From the NCBI GenBank assembly GCA_900766555.1, contig CAAFVR010000008.1, forward strand, positions 1-64,000: DNA of 64,000 nt, read 5' to 3'. This stretch comes from Helicobacteraceae bacterium. GTDB taxonomy: Bacteria > Campylobacterota > Campylobacteria > Campylobacterales > Helicobacteraceae. Positions 19,322-29,739 of the stretch are shown here, one piece after another. Positions within the stretch are counted from its first letter, which is position 1; each line of letters opens with the position of its first letter. The translations under genes and the position numbers were made by a program. A model generated the notes under the pieces. That model did no database searches and was not told the origin of the DNA. It saw only the letters and a list, made by a program, of their open reading frames with translations.

Positions 19322-21634
19322 ATGAACAAATACAATGCCAGTAATATAAAAGTATTAAAAGGTCTAGAGGCCGTTAGAAAACGCCCTGGCATGTATATAG
19401 GTGATACAAATATACATGGCTTACATCATATGATATATGAAGTTGTAGATAACTCAATTGATGAAGCTATGGCAGGTTTTTGTAACAAAATAAATATCAA
19501 AATTACAAAAAATAACAGTGTAATAATCACAGATAATGGAAGAGGTATACCAGTAGATATACATGAGACAGAAAATTTACCAGCTGCAACAGTAGTTTTA
19601 ACAACATTACATGCTGGAGGTAAATTTGATAAAGATACCTATAAAGTCTCAGGCGGATTACATGGAGTTGGCGTATCTGTCGTAAATGCTCTTAGTAAAA
19701 AATTGATTATGACTATCAAAAAAAATGGAAATATCTATACTCAAGAATTTCAAAAAGGCATACCGCAAAATAATCTTGAAATAATTGGTAAAACAAAAGA
19801 AAGCGGCACTCAAATTGAGTTCATCCCAGATGATGAAATAATGGAAGTTATAGATTTTGAATTTGACACACTTTCAAAAAGATTTAAAGAGATGGCTTAT
19901 TTAAATCCAAAAATAACAATCTTTTTTGAGGATGAACGAAATTTAAAAAATGAAACATATCATTTTGATAATGGAATATCGCAATTTGTAAATGACATTA
20001 ATAAAAAAGAAAAAATCACAAAAATAATAAATTTTAAAGCCAATGATGAAGATACAGAAGTTGAAATAGCTCTGCTTTATAACACAGGATATGATGAAAA
20101 ACTCTTAAGCTTTGTAAATAATATCAATACAAAAGATGGTGGAACTCACGAAACAGGCTTTAGATCCGGTCTGAGTCGCGCTATTTTAAATTACATTGAG
20201 CAAAATGCAAATGCTAGAGAAAAAGATGCAAAAATAATTGGTGATGATGTAAGAGAAGGTCTTTGTGCCATCGTATCGATTAAAATTATGGAACCACAAT
20301 TTGAGGGTCAAACAAAAGCAAAGCTTGGAAGCTCATTTGTAAAACCAATAATTCAGCGTCTAACATATGAAAAAATATCTAAATTTTTAGAAGAAAATCC
20401 AATTGATGCCCGCGCAATAATTACAAAAGTATTGCAAGCCTCAAAAGGCAGAGAAGCTGCTAAAAAAGCAAGAGAATTAGTGCGTAAAAATGACAAAATG
20501 TTTGTCGGCACATTGCCAGGTAAATTAGCAGATTGTCAAAGTAAAAATCCTGAAGAATCAGAAATATACCTAGTTGAGGGTGACTCAGCTGGTGGATCCG
20601 CTAAACAAGGACGTGACAGAGCCTTTCAAGCGATATTGCCACTAAGAGGTAAAATTTTAAATGTTGAAAAATCAAATATCAATAAAATTTTAAAATCTGA
20701 TGAAATAAAAAATATGATCACTGCCTTTGGTTGCGGCATCGGTAATGAATTTAATATTGATAGATTGCGATATCACAAAATAATTATTATGACGGATGCT
20801 GATGTTGATGGTAGTCATATACAAACACTTTTGATGACATTTTTTTATAGATATTTGAAACCACTTGTCACAAATGGGCATGTTTATATTGCTCAACCAC
20901 CTTTATATCGTTTCAAAAAAGGTAAAAAGGAAATATATTTAAAAGATGACAAAATTTTAAATGAATATCTAATATTAAATGGAATTGAAAATTTCGAAAT
21001 TAACGGCATTGGTAATAATGAATTAATTGAAATTTTAAAATATATTTCTCATTACAGAAATTTATTAAAAGAATTGCAAAAAAAATATCCATTAATAGAA
21101 TTAATAGATTTTCTAGTTAAAAATCAACATCTTTTATCTCTTAATTTTGAAGATATTTTTAATAATATGAAAGATTATTTGATTTCAAAAGATTTAAATA
21201 TTTTAAGTCAAAATAAAGGCTCAGATTATATTTCTTTTTATATCCAGACTAAAACGGGATTAATGCAAGCCTCAATTGATAAAGATTTATTTGAAAATAA
21301 TTTCTTCAAAGAAGCCTGCATTACTTATAACAAAATTTTAGAACGAGATTTAGATATTTTAAATCAAAAAGATCCAATAAATTTTTTAGAAGAAGTCGAA
21401 GAATCTGCAAAAAAAGGCGCTTATATTCAGCGTTATAAAGGTCTTGGTGAAATGAATGCGGACCAACTTTGGGAAACAACTATGAATATATCAAATAGAA
21501 CATTACTCAAAGTCAAAATGGAAGATGAAGAAGATGCGGATTCAATTTTTACGCTTTTTATGGGTGATGAAGTTGAGCCAAGGCGAGCTTATATACAAGA
21601 AAATGCTAAAAATGTAAAAAATCTAGATGTTTAG
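19322..21634 (+). CDS. gyrB: DNA gyrase subunit B
   Basis: GHKL ATPase and TOPRIM motifs (LHAGGKFD, EGDSAGGSAKQGRDR). Confidence 0.95.
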   Translation: MNKYNASNIKVLKGLEAVRKRPGMYIGDTNIHGLHHMIYEVVDNSIDEAMAGFCNKINIKITKNNSVIITDNGRGIPVDIHETENLPAATVVLTTLHAGGKFDKDTYKVSGGLHGVGVSVVNALSKKLIMTIKKNGNIYTQEFQKGIPQNNLEIIGKTKESGTQIEFIPDDEIMEVIDFEFDTLSKRFKEMAYLNPKITIFFEDERNLKNETYHFDNGISQFVNDINKKEKITKIINFKANDEDTEVEIALLYNTGYDEKLLSFVNNINTKDGGTHETGFRSGLSRAILNYIEQNANAREKDAKIIGDDVREGLCAIVSIKIMEPQFEGQTKAKLGSSFVKPIIQRLTYEKISKFLEENPIDARAIITKVLQASKGREAAKKARELVRKNDKMFVGTLPGKLADCQSKNPEESEIYLVEGDSAGGSAKQGRDRAFQAILPLRGKILNVEKSNINKILKSDEIKNMITAFGCGIGNEFNIDRLRYHKIIIMTDADVDGSHIQTLLMTFFYRYLKPLVTNGHVYIAQPPLYRFKKGKKEIYLKDDKILNEYLILNGIENFEINGIGNNELIEILKYISHYRNLLKELQKKYPLIELIDFLVKNQHLLSLNFEDIFNNMKDYLISKDLNILSQNKGSDYISFYIQTKTGLMQASIDKDLFENNFFKEACITYNKILERDLDILNQKDPINFLEEVEESAKKGAYIQRYKGLGEMNADQLWETTMNISNRTLLKVKMEDEEDADSIFTLFMGDEVEPRRAYIQENAKNVKNLDV

Positions 21635-22386
21635 CGTATAAATGCATAATTTACTCTAACTCGAATTAATGTTGTAACTTTTGGATATGGATAATCTTTA
21701 TAAGCGATTTTGATTGTCTCAAGACTTTGATTATCTAGACTATTTAATCCTGAGCTTGTAATTATCTTTAAATCGCTTATATCTCCATTTGGATGCAAAT
21801 TAAATTCAACTACATTAATACCGCTTTGCTCAAAATATATTGCCAATTTTGGATATGTGAGATAGCTTTGTGTTATCCTGCCTATATTTCTTAAATTATT
21901 TGTTATATAGTCTTTTTCTTCCGTGCCAAAATCGCCAAATTTTTCACCATACAGATCTGATATTTCATTATAAATTTTGTTATTTTGGAGCGAATTTTTA
22001 TATTGTGGATTATTATTAATTTGATTTTCAAAAACTAAATTATCAAAATTTAAATTACTTGGAAGAAATTTTTCACTTTCATTTTTTGAATTATCTACTT
22101 TTTTAGATTTTTCAAGAATTTTATTTGTTTCAATATTTTTTGATATTGTTTTTTTAGGTATAGATAATGAATTTTTCGCCAGATCCGATATGGGTATAGA
22201 TCCATCTGTATTTTTTGTTATATCTTGGCTTGTACCCTTTTTTAGCTTTAATATTTTTACTTTTGCTACATTATTTTTAGATTGATCTTTTAAATTTTTT
22301 ATGAGAAAAAATATGCCAAAAATTAAAAAGATATGAACGCAAATTGATATTGCAAATGATATTGCAAATCTTTTATTTGACTTCAT
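21631..22386 (-). CDS. TonB C-terminal-domain protein (TonB family)
   Basis: N-terminal TM helix, a low-complexity linker, and a C-terminus INVVEFNLHPNGDISDLKIITSSGLNSLDNQSLETIKIAY..YPKVTTLIRVRVNYAF that fits the TonB CTD pattern. Confidence 0.55.
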   Translation of the reverse strand: MKSNKRFAISFAISICVHIFLIFGIFFLIKNLKDQSKNNVAKVKILKLKKGTSQDITKNTDGSIPISDLAKNSLSIPKKTISKNIETNKILEKSKKVDNSKNESEKFLPSNLNFDNLVFENQINNNPQYKNSLQNNKIYNEISDLYGEKFGDFGTEEKDYITNNLRNIGRITQSYLTYPKLAIYFEQSGINVVEFNLHPNGDISDLKIITSSGLNSLDNQSLETIKIAYKDYPYPKVTTLIRVRVNYAFIR

Positions 22387-23074
22387 CTTTAGTTTCTTTT
22401 TTAGCTCTCACTCGCCTTTTTTTAGGCTTTTCTATTGATTTTTCAATCGGATCTGGAGCGGGAGGAGGTATTAAAATATCGCTTTGTTTTGTTTCACTTA
22501 ATATTAAATTGCCATTTGGATGAATTAATATTTCATAGACTTTATTTTTCATATTAACTACTAGGATTGAGCTTTTATTATCAATTGGATATTTTTTTAC
22601 AGTTAAATTATTTTTATTTTTAAAGGTTGATTTTTTCAAAAGAATAAGCGCGATAATTAGCGCTATAAAAACAAATATGATCGCAAAATATGTGTAATTA
22701 TCTAGATCTAGATTGAATTTTTTAACCAAGCTAATTTCTATATTTTTATCATTAACTTTTGGCAAAATATTAAAAGGGCCTTCATTAAATTTGATATATA
22801 AATTCCCCGCATTTGTAAAAATTAGCAAATTTTGGAGTAATGTATTTGGCTCAAATTGTCTTTTGATATTGCGTATTGAATTTACATCATCAATTTGCAA
22901 AAGCTTTATATTTTTGTCATTTAGATCTACTATTTTTATATCATTTTCGCTTATTTTTTCATCAAAAACGAGGGTAATTTTTGCAATCTCACTATTATTT
23001 GTGACCTTTAAATCCACTAATTTTTTGGCAAAAATTGGAGATAAAAATATAGCGATAATCCAAAAAAATCTCAT
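22373..23074 (-). CDS. hypothetical bitopic membrane protein (signal peptide, internal TM, basic C-tail)
   Basis: 233 aa. Overlaps the fliN-like stop and the TonB-like start. Confidence 0.4.
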   Translation of the reverse strand: MRFFWIIAIFLSPIFAKKLVDLKVTNNSEIAKITLVFDEKISENDIKIVDLNDKNIKLLQIDDVNSIRNIKRQFEPNTLLQNLLIFTNAGNLYIKFNEGPFNILPKVNDKNIEISLVKKFNLDLDNYTYFAIIFVFIALIIALILLKKSTFKNKNNLTVKKYPIDNKSSILVVNMKNKVYEILIHPNGNLILSETKQSDILIPPPAPDPIEKSIEKPKKRRVRAKKETKDEVK

Positions 23075-23391
23075 GAATTTTCTTTTGTTAAATAATAAAT
23101 TATTGCATTTGAATCTAATATTTCATTAAGTCTAATGGCCAAGTTTTTTTCATATACAATGACTTCACCTTTACCAATTGTGCGTTCATTTATATTTATA
23201 TCAACGCTTTCTCCAGCTGGCTTATTTAGATTTATAACAGACCCTATTTTGAGATTTAAAATGTCTTTTAAAAGCAAATTTGTATTACCTAAATTGGCGC
23301 TAAAAGATACTTCAACATCTAATAAATTTTGATATTTATTAGTCATTTGCTTTAAATATTCGGTGATATTTGGCTCTATTTTCTCACTCAT
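23071..23391 (-). CDS. fliN: SpoA-domain protein, FliN-like flagellar switch component
   Basis: 106 aa. LLLKDILNLKIGSVINLNKPAGESVDININERTIGKGEVIV matches the FliN/SpoA C-ring fold. Confidence 0.65.
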   Translation of the reverse strand: MSEKIEPNITEYLKQMTNKYQNLLDVEVSFSANLGNTNLLLKDILNLKIGSVINLNKPAGESVDININERTIGKGEVIVYEKNLAIRLNEILDSNAIIYYLTKENS

Positions 23392-23399
23392 TAAAATCC

Positions 23400-24776
23400 T
23401 TATCTCAATCTATCGAGCTTTAAGATATTGCGCAATTCAAAATTTATTTTAGGTGAATTGATTTTACCACTTAAATTAAATTTAATTTCGCTAGATCCGA
23501 TACCAAGAATTAATGGCAGAGATATATTTTGATTTTCCATGCTATATGTCGCATTTGATGTTTTGATATTGAAATTATCATTTCTAATAACAGTGCTAAA
23601 AGTTACATTATCTTTATTGAAATGCATTTCTAGTGGATTTTTAGGGAAATTTTCCTTTGTCACATCAAAGTCACTATATTGATTTATGAGATTAAAAAAC
23701 TCATTTTTTTTCATTTTAAAATCTAAGATTTCGCCGCTAAAATTACCAGTTTTATTTTGTAAAAAATAGTTCAAATTACCATCAATTTGCCCGCTAAAAT
23801 TATCTGGGAATTTTAAAAAATTTGCAAGTTTTATTAAATTATTTTGCTGAAAATTGATTTTTAAATTATCATTATCTAGTGAAATTTCATTAAGTCCATC
23901 AAAGCTAATTGTCGCAAAATCAAGCAGTTTTTTATCTTTAAAATTTGTACTAAATTTCCCTGATCCAAAGATTAGAAAATCATTTTTTGCAAGATTATTT
24001 AAAGCCTTAACGCTAGGTATTGTAATTTCATAATCTAAGCTTAGATTTTCTAAATCTCCATGAATTTTTGATAAAACAAGTTCGTATAAAGGACTTTTAA
24101 GTACTCCATTTGCAACTAATTTGGAATTAATAATTGGTCCAGAAATTTCGCCTTTTATATTTGATTGGGCTATTTCTTTAAAGATTTTTGATGACTTTAA
24201 ATTGCCCTTAAAAATTTTTATAAATAAATTTCCATTGATTACAGAATTAGTTTGTTTGATATCCAAATCAATGTTCAAATCTCCATTTATAAACGGATCT
24301 AGCGGCAAAATATTTGCAAATGAATTTGTTTTAATACGCCTAGATTTTAGGGATAAATCCATGAGGTCAAAATTAACTATATTTGACAAAATTATTGTCT
24401 CGCCCTCGCCAAAATTTGTTCTAAGATCTAGTTTAAAATCTTTAAATTTGCCTCTTATTAGAGCTAGTCCATTAATTTTATTGCGAAAACTTATGCTTTT
24501 GAAAAATACTTTTAAATCTAATTCTTGATTTAGCAGACTAAAATTTCCTTTGATATCAAATTGCATTAAATCTTTGTAAATTAATGTGGCATTTATCTTG
24601 TCATTATTTAGCTTGAAATCTTTAAGAACTAGATCTTTAGAATAATTTTCTTGAATATATTTTTCAATTATTGGGCGACTAATTTCATTTCCAGCTGATG
24701 TAAAAGCAAGTGCGTAAGTTAGTGTAAAAAGTAAGATTATGATTATTGCAATAAATGCTATTAATTTTTTAAACAT
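23400..24776 (-). CDS. hypothetical N-terminally anchored periplasmic protein
   Basis: 458 aa with a single N-terminal TM helix and an N/K-rich beta-like body. Overlaps the ccsBA stop. Confidence 0.4.
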   Translation of the reverse strand: MFKKLIAFIAIIIILLFTLTYALAFTSAGNEISRPIIEKYIQENYSKDLVLKDFKLNNDKINATLIYKDLMQFDIKGNFSLLNQELDLKVFFKSISFRNKINGLALIRGKFKDFKLDLRTNFGEGETIILSNIVNFDLMDLSLKSRRIKTNSFANILPLDPFINGDLNIDLDIKQTNSVINGNLFIKIFKGNLKSSKIFKEIAQSNIKGEISGPIINSKLVANGVLKSPLYELVLSKIHGDLENLSLDYEITIPSVKALNNLAKNDFLIFGSGKFSTNFKDKKLLDFATISFDGLNEISLDNDNLKINFQQNNLIKLANFLKFPDNFSGQIDGNLNYFLQNKTGNFSGEILDFKMKKNEFFNLINQYSDFDVTKENFPKNPLEMHFNKDNVTFSTVIRNDNFNIKTSNATYSMENQNISLPLILGIGSSEIKFNLSGKINSPKINFELRNILKLDRLR

Positions 24777-27667
24777 GTTAAATTTGGCGAAAGAAGCTTT
24801 CTTTTTGGGAATGAAAGAGCTATCAATAAAATGATAAAGCCGACAAAATAATAGAAAAATACAGGTATAGGTATCGGATCTCCTGCGGCATAGCTATGTA
24901 GTCCGGTCAAATAATAATTCACTCCAAAATATGTCATAAGAATTGAGAAAAATCCAAGTATGCTAGATACGCTAAAAATATATGGCATATTTTTAATCCC
25001 AGCTAAGCGCAAATGTAATATCAATGCATATACGCCAATTGATGCTAGTGCCCATGTTTCTTTTGGATCCCAGCTCCAATATCTACCCCAAGATTCATTT
25101 GCCCAAATGCCGCCTAAAAAGTTACCAACGCTTAGCATCAAAATGCCAAAAATCATGCTTAATTCATTTAGTGCATAAATGGCTTGTATAGATTTATCAA
25201 TTTGTGGTTTTGAATCTTTGCGTAGTAAAAATAGCAATAATGAAAAAAATCCAAGAATAAAACTAAGTCCTAAAAAGCCGTAACTAGCCGTTATGATTGA
25301 GACATGTATATTTAGCCAATATGATTTGAGCACTGGCACAAGTGGCGAAATTTGCGGATCCATAAAGCCAAGATTTGCTACAAAAAGTGATATCCCAGCT
25401 AAAAATACAGCAGCACTTAATGCAAAAGTATATTTGCGCAAAAATACGACTCCACTTACTGCGCTAGCCCACGCGATATAAACCATCGATTCATACGCAT
25501 TACTAAAAGGAGAATGATTGCTCACATACCAGCGTAAAATAAGTCCAATTGTATGTATCAAAACAAGCGCAACCATCACTATATAAATGCCATAAAATAG
25601 CTGTTTTGGCATAGCTCTATCGCGCGCTAAGTAGTATAAAATAATTCCAAAAAATAGCAATCCAAGTAAAATATATGGCAGCACTAAATATTGGAAAAAA
25701 TTATTATCTATTAGGAAAATTTCAGCTTTTATTTTGCTTGAATCAAGATATAGAGATTTGCCATTTTGCTCTTGAAAATTTTGCAATCTATTAACAGCGC
25801 TATTAAATTCTGTAAAATTATTTGTTTTAAGCCCCTCTTCAAGAGATCTGTTTAGATCATTTAAAAAGTTTGAAACCATATCCACAGTTTCTACATTTTG
25901 CGTTTTATAAATTACTGGTGGACTTAGCCAATTTAAATCATTATTAATTGGGAATATTTTTAAAATAAGACCTGAAAATACGCTATAGGCTAAATTTATG
26001 CGCTCATCAACTTTAATTATATTTTTTTGAAATTCATTGCGTTTTTTCGGATCTAGGCGATTTGCCTCTTGTATAAAATTATTTAATTTATAACCGCGCT
26101 TATTGCTATTAAAAAAGTCCGAAAAAGATGCATATTTGTCATCTTTTTTGAGCCCTAAAATCTTGTTAATTTTATTATCATTTATATAAATAATTTTAAG
26201 CTCGCTAAAAATATCTGGGAAAAACATCATTCCTAAAAAAAGCTGATTACCATCCATTCCTAGGATGCTTTGTTTATGAGATAGCTTTTTAATCAAGTTA
26301 TCTGCTGTTGAATTTATAGGTTCAATTCGCCCGAGATAATTTTGAATCTGGATTTTTGAGAAGATTTTTGAACTTTGTTTGCTTCTTTGAGCAAAGATTT
26401 TTAGAAATTCAATTTGTTTTTTAACCGTTTGTATCGAGCTTAGATCCGCACTTTCATTTGATTGACCCAGAGTTGATTGATCTAAAGTAAGACCATTGCC
26501 TAGCGAGGGTACATCATCATTTGGTGTTGATTTAAAAATACTTTCATCTGCGTGAGCAAAACTTAGCAAGAAAGGCATAAAAAGCCCTAAAAATACTTTG
26601 CTAATTTTGGTAATTTGATTTTGCTTTTTTTGCTTATCTTGTTTATTTTTAGCAATCCCACTATTGCTTTGTAAAAATTTTGACAATTTTATGACGCGCC
26701 CATTTTTGTTAAAAAGCATCCAAATAGAGCCTAAAATCAGCAGCGCATAACCCGTATAAGTCACATTTTTACCTGGATCTTTATTGACACTTAGTATCGT
26801 GCCTTTTTCATCTTCATCATAAGAACTTTGATAAAAACGATAGCCCCTGTAGTCCAAAACATTATTCATAAATATTTGTGTCTCAAAAAGGGATTTACCA
26901 TCTAGATCTACCACTTCTACATCTGATAAATACGCACTTGGTGAGAGCGAGCCAGGATATCGCTCAAGCTGAAAGTCATTTAGCTTGAGTCCAAAAGGTA
27001 GGATTACTTGCCTATTGCCATACCCGATGAAAAATTGTATGCCATTAAAATCTTGCTTTGTAAATTGAAGTTTTGCATCTCTTGAGCCCTTTATTTTATA
27101 GCTCTTAGTAATGCCATCATATGTGGCATCAAAAGTTATTTCGAGGCTATCGTCTTTTTTGAACTCGCTATGTTTTATCTTAAAATTTGTTAGATCTAGC
27201 GGTTTATTGAAGAAATCTATGCTTTCATTGTTCATTTTGCCGCGGATTGGGACTTTTAGATAATAATTTTCAGATTTTTTATCATCAAAAATGAAGCCCA
27301 CTATATTTAATGTCGGATCGCTAGCTGTCATTTGATAGCTAGATTCGCCCTCTTTTATATGCATTATCCCCTCTTGCGAGAAAAAACGCGTTATCCCAGC
27401 CCCCAAGATCATTATGCAAAAAGATAGGTGAAAAACTAGGCTTGAATAATTCCTTTTTGGCAGCGTTTTAACCATGCTAAAAATGATTGCGAAGAAAAAA
27501 TAGACATGCAGCGCATTAAACCAGGCACTTCTATAAATTAACTCATTTGCAACTGGAGTTCCAAAATCATTTTCTATAAAAGTTGCAACCCCAATTGATG
27601 CTACATATACAAAAATGAGCGGCAATATGACATAGAAATTTGCAAATATTTTGTCAAAAATCTTCAT
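24761..27667 (-). CDS. ccsBA: cytochrome c biogenesis system II fusion protein CcsBA (ResB-CcsA)
   Basis: 968 aa. C-terminal WWD motif WANESWGRYWSWDPKETWAL with His-containing TM helices; N-terminal ResB-like periplasmic domain. Confidence 0.8.
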   Translation of the reverse strand: MKIFDKIFANFYVILPLIFVYVASIGVATFIENDFGTPVANELIYRSAWFNALHVYFFFAIIFSMVKTLPKRNYSSLVFHLSFCIMILGAGITRFFSQEGIMHIKEGESSYQMTASDPTLNIVGFIFDDKKSENYYLKVPIRGKMNNESIDFFNKPLDLTNFKIKHSEFKKDDSLEITFDATYDGITKSYKIKGSRDAKLQFTKQDFNGIQFFIGYGNRQVILPFGLKLNDFQLERYPGSLSPSAYLSDVEVVDLDGKSLFETQIFMNNVLDYRGYRFYQSSYDEDEKGTILSVNKDPGKNVTYTGYALLILGSIWMLFNKNGRVIKLSKFLQSNSGIAKNKQDKQKKQNQITKISKVFLGLFMPFLLSFAHADESIFKSTPNDDVPSLGNGLTLDQSTLGQSNESADLSSIQTVKKQIEFLKIFAQRSKQSSKIFSKIQIQNYLGRIEPINSTADNLIKKLSHKQSILGMDGNQLFLGMMFFPDIFSELKIIYINDNKINKILGLKKDDKYASFSDFFNSNKRGYKLNNFIQEANRLDPKKRNEFQKNIIKVDERINLAYSVFSGLILKIFPINNDLNWLSPPVIYKTQNVETVDMVSNFLNDLNRSLEEGLKTNNFTEFNSAVNRLQNFQEQNGKSLYLDSSKIKAEIFLIDNNFFQYLVLPYILLGLLFFGIILYYLARDRAMPKQLFYGIYIVMVALVLIHTIGLILRWYVSNHSPFSNAYESMVYIAWASAVSGVVFLRKYTFALSAAVFLAGISLFVANLGFMDPQISPLVPVLKSYWLNIHVSIITASYGFLGLSFILGFFSLLLFLLRKDSKPQIDKSIQAIYALNELSMIFGILMLSVGNFLGGIWANESWGRYWSWDPKETWALASIGVYALILHLRLAGIKNMPYIFSVSSILGFFSILMTYFGVNYYLTGLHSYAAGDPIPIPVFFYYFVGFIILLIALSFPKRKLLSPNLTCLKN

Positions 27668-27673
27668 CAGTTT

Positions 27674-28303
27674 TTAATTTTTAATATATTCAAATAGAAG
27701 TTTCATGCGATCTTTTTGTGTCTCGCCAGCGCTCCAATTTCCGCCATTTACAAATGCTAGCACTTTCATAAATACATCACTTGGCACATAGCCTGGGATT
27801 TCAAAAATTGTTTTGCCAGTTTTATCGCTAAAAATTAGCGTTGGCGTGCCATAGATCGTATATAGATTTTGGCTTAGCTCGCGAGTTGAAATATCAGCTG
27901 ATTGCAAATCATTTTGCTCGCCAAAAACAACATGATGCATCTTGTCATAACTTATATTGATGTAATAATTGCTAAAGTTTTTTTTCAAATAATCTCTAGC
28001 CTCAGTATTTGATTTCAGATCTCTTTTTAGCTTCTCGCAATATGGGCAATTATTTTTACCAAAAACCATGAAAAGATATTTATTTTTCGTGGATATCTCA
28101 CTTGAATTTTGGAAAACATCTTCTAGTCCATGATAACTTTTAACGTCTATATTTTGGCTCGCATGTATTACTTCTACGGGTTCGTCTGTGCCTTTTGAAA
28201 AATTGCTTTCATTTATCTCAACGGACTCGCTTTTGCACCCAATAAAAGCTATTGCAAACATTGTGAAAAATAATTTAAATTTGATACTTTTTATTAATTG
28301 CAT
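27674..28303 (-). CDS. thioredoxin-fold lipoprotein (CxxC thiol:disulfide oxidoreductase)
   Basis: Lipobox FIGC and a CPYC motif. Sits directly upstream of ccsBA. Confidence 0.6.
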   Translation of the reverse strand: MQLIKSIKFKLFFTMFAIAFIGCKSESVEINESNFSKGTDEPVEVIHASQNIDVKSYHGLEDVFQNSSEISTKNKYLFMVFGKNNCPYCEKLKRDLKSNTEARDYLKKNFSNYYINISYDKMHHVVFGEQNDLQSADISTRELSQNLYTIYGTPTLIFSDKTGKTIFEIPGYVPSDVFMKVLAFVNGGNWSAGETQKDRMKLLFEYIKN

Positions 28304-28311
28304 ATAAAACC

Positions 28312-29247
28312 TTATCTAGTCAGATCTAATATCATATCCACAAATTCTTCCTTGTCATTTAGGCATGGACATGGCGTAAAGCTTAGCGCGCCGCTTTTTT
28401 CGGCGACATCTTTGTATTGCTGATTTATTTCATAAATCGTTTCAGAATTATCAATTGTAAAACCAAGCGGATAGATAATTATATTTTTACCAATGCTTTG
28501 AGAGATAATTTTTTGCGTACTCGGCTCAAGCCATTTTGTGGGCCCCACTTTGGATTGATAGCTAAGTATTATTTCTTGAAATTCCATGCCCTGCTCTTTT
28601 AGTAGATCCGTTAATAAAGCCACATTTTTTTGAACTTCATTTTGGTAAGGATCGCCAGCATCAATTATGCTTTTTGGCAATGAATGTGCGGAGAAAATGA
28701 GCGTGAAATTATTTGCACAATTGCCATTAAGCGCTTTTTTGATGTCATTTGCAATGATTTGTAAATATGCTTTATTGTCAAAATATCGCTCAGTTAGCTG
28801 TATCTCTGGCGAATAATCAAGACTTTTTAGACCATCATAAATATCTTTAAAAGATGACATCGTAGTTGTGCTCGAATAATGCGGATACATACTAAAAAGA
28901 TGCAACTTTTCTACACCTTTTTGCTTTAGATCTGCTAGAACTGGCGCCGCAAAAGGCGGCGTATAGCGCATAGCATATGTATATATTTTTGAGGGATCCC
29001 TTTGTTGCAATTTCTGCGTTAGTGAATAAGTGATTTCAACCATTGGAGATTTGTTATTTATCTGCCTGTAAATATCTTTTGATTTATTTAATCTTGATTT
29101 TACGATGATGGATCCGATGATTTTGCGCATCAAATCGCTTTTTGTAGTCAAAATGAACGGATCTGCGAACATATTTTTCAAAAATACTTCCACTTCATCT
29201 AGATTATTTGGGCCACCCATGTTGAGCAATAAAACTGCCTCTTTCAA
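28312..29247 (-). CDS. hemH: ferrochelatase
   Basis: MKEAVLLLNMGGPNNLDEVEVFLKNMF N-terminus. Confidence 0.85.
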   Translation of the reverse strand: MKEAVLLLNMGGPNNLDEVEVFLKNMFADPFILTTKSDLMRKIIGSIIVKSRLNKSKDIYRQINNKSPMVEITYSLTQKLQQRDPSKIYTYAMRYTPPFAAPVLADLKQKGVEKLHLFSMYPHYSSTTTMSSFKDIYDGLKSLDYSPEIQLTERYFDNKAYLQIIANDIKKALNGNCANNFTLIFSAHSLPKSIIDAGDPYQNEVQKNVALLTDLLKEQGMEFQEIILSYQSKVGPTKWLEPSTQKIISQSIGKNIIIYPLGFTIDNSETIYEINQQYKDVAEKSGALSFTPCPCLNDKEEFVDMILDLTR

Positions 29248-29337
29248 GATAGATCCTTTTGTTAAAGTTATAGTTTATCTTAAAAATTTTAGTAAATATT
29301 GTAAGTAAAATTGCATTTTATATAAATTGGAGTAAGC

Positions 29338-29739
29338 ATGGATATCGCCCTAGAGCAGATGATTTTTTATCACGCGATGTTTTCAGCGATTTATCCACTA
29401 CTTTTTGGTATAAATCTTGGAATTTTATTTCTAAGCCGCAGTTATGGGCGCCTAAATTTCCGGATCTATCTTGTAATGCCAGCTATTTTTTTAAGCTTGG
29501 CTATTTCATTTTTTAGCGGGATTACTTTGATGTTTTTTACGCTTGATTTTTGGAGTTATCGCATTATTTTAATGCTAATTCTTTTAATCATTATTTTAAT
29601 AGCTGAGATTTATCACAACAAACGCTTAAAATTTGCCAGAACTAGTGCAGATCTGATGAAAAAATATGTCCGTTTTTGCAAGCTTTTGTATATATTATTG
29701 ATAGCCTTTTGGGCCATTGTATTTTTTAGCTTGTCATGA
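29338..29739 (+). CDS. small polytopic membrane protein, hypothetical
   Basis: 133 aa with about 4 TM helices. Confidence 0.35.
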   Translation: MDIALEQMIFYHAMFSAIYPLLFGINLGILFLSRSYGRLNFRIYLVMPAIFLSLAISFFSGITLMFFTLDFWSYRIILMLILLIIILIAEIYHNKRLKFARTSADLMKKYVRFCKLLYILLIAFWAIVFFSLS

